A stretch of DNA of 64,000 nt from positions 55,244,001 to 55,308,000 of the forward strand of contig NC_045696.1 in NCBI RefSeq assembly GCF_009834535.1, written 5' to 3'. This document shows, piece by piece, positions 63,466 through 64,000 of this stretch (the stretch's first letter is position 1; each line of letters starts with the position of its first letter). Position numbers and translations under genes: made by a program. The notes under the pieces are model-generated. The model was given only the letters and a program-made list of their open reading frames with translations. It searched no databases and was not told the DNA's origin. Source of the DNA: Camelus ferus (taxonomy: Eukaryota).

Positions 63466-64000
63466 CACCCAAGTGACACAGATGAGGGCCTAGGTTGATA
63501 TATTGTCTATTTTATCACTAGCTTCTGTGACCACTTCCCTAACATCCTCTAAATGCTTTATTCTCCCACAGGAGAGAAAGGAAGCTCAACCGCAGGAGTC
63601 TAGCATCACTCTTGACTTGGAATGCAAAAGGTTCAGAAAATGTATTTAGGTGGAGAATTTATTTACTGTGGTAGTGTCTGGGGGAATCCTGTTTCCTTCC
63701 CAGTAAATCAACAATTTAAGCTTTTGAAAATCAGGATCAATTGTTTTTTCTAGTGTTAGGTTCATAATTGTACTTTTTTGAGATCTGGTCCCGATATCTC
63801 TTTACTCCCTTACATAGTTTTAGGAAATTTTTGATCTTTTAAAAATATTTGAAAATGTTTATAAAACTTGGATTAGTAAATTCAGTACATTTTAGCCAAG
63901 AAGCACACAGGAAGTCCATGCTGAGGTCGGAGAAGTGATGAAGGCTGCACTGCCCCTGCTCTTCAAGAGGTTAGAATTTCATGGGGATAGTCTCGTGAAT

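Noticed and set aside
1..64000. CRISPR array, operon, rRNA or other prokaryotic/viral defence system
   Set aside because: The sequence is mammalian and repeat-rich, with no regularly spaced repeat-spacer array, gene-dense segment or rRNA-like sequence.

Overview
AT-rich mammalian genomic DNA, most likely camelid (alpaca, llama or camel). The evidence is three copies of a short tRNA-derived SINE matching my recollection of the camelid Vic-1 family, plus young artiodactyl/camelid-type L1 3' ends. I cannot support any host protein-coding exon, RNA gene or CpG-island promoter, so the window looks intronic or intergenic. The only ORF-track entries with recognisable homology are transposon fossils: L1 ORF1 (19840-20043), L1 ORF2 (17475-17687, 50982-51428) and ERV-L integrase (34739-35167). 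Main structures: (1) a ~6.4 kb two-LTR ERV-L provirus fossil (33381-39775, minus) with an MLT2 solo LTR nested in its 5' LTR; (2) a ~10 kb nested L1 stack (11.7-21.8 kb) holding an inverted pair of LTR40-like LTRs and a TSD-bounded, internally deleted L1; (3) many MIR, L2, MaLR, CR1 and hAT fossils; (4) several repeat-free blocks rich in homeodomain, POU and MEIS motifs that could be conserved enhancers; (5) an unexplained 45-bp direct repeat whose copies lie 1311 bp apart. Repeat subfamily names come from remembered consensus sequences and need RepeatMasker/Dfam confirmation; boundaries of old elements are approximate. I did not find a demonstrably new biological system, and the findings are leads only.
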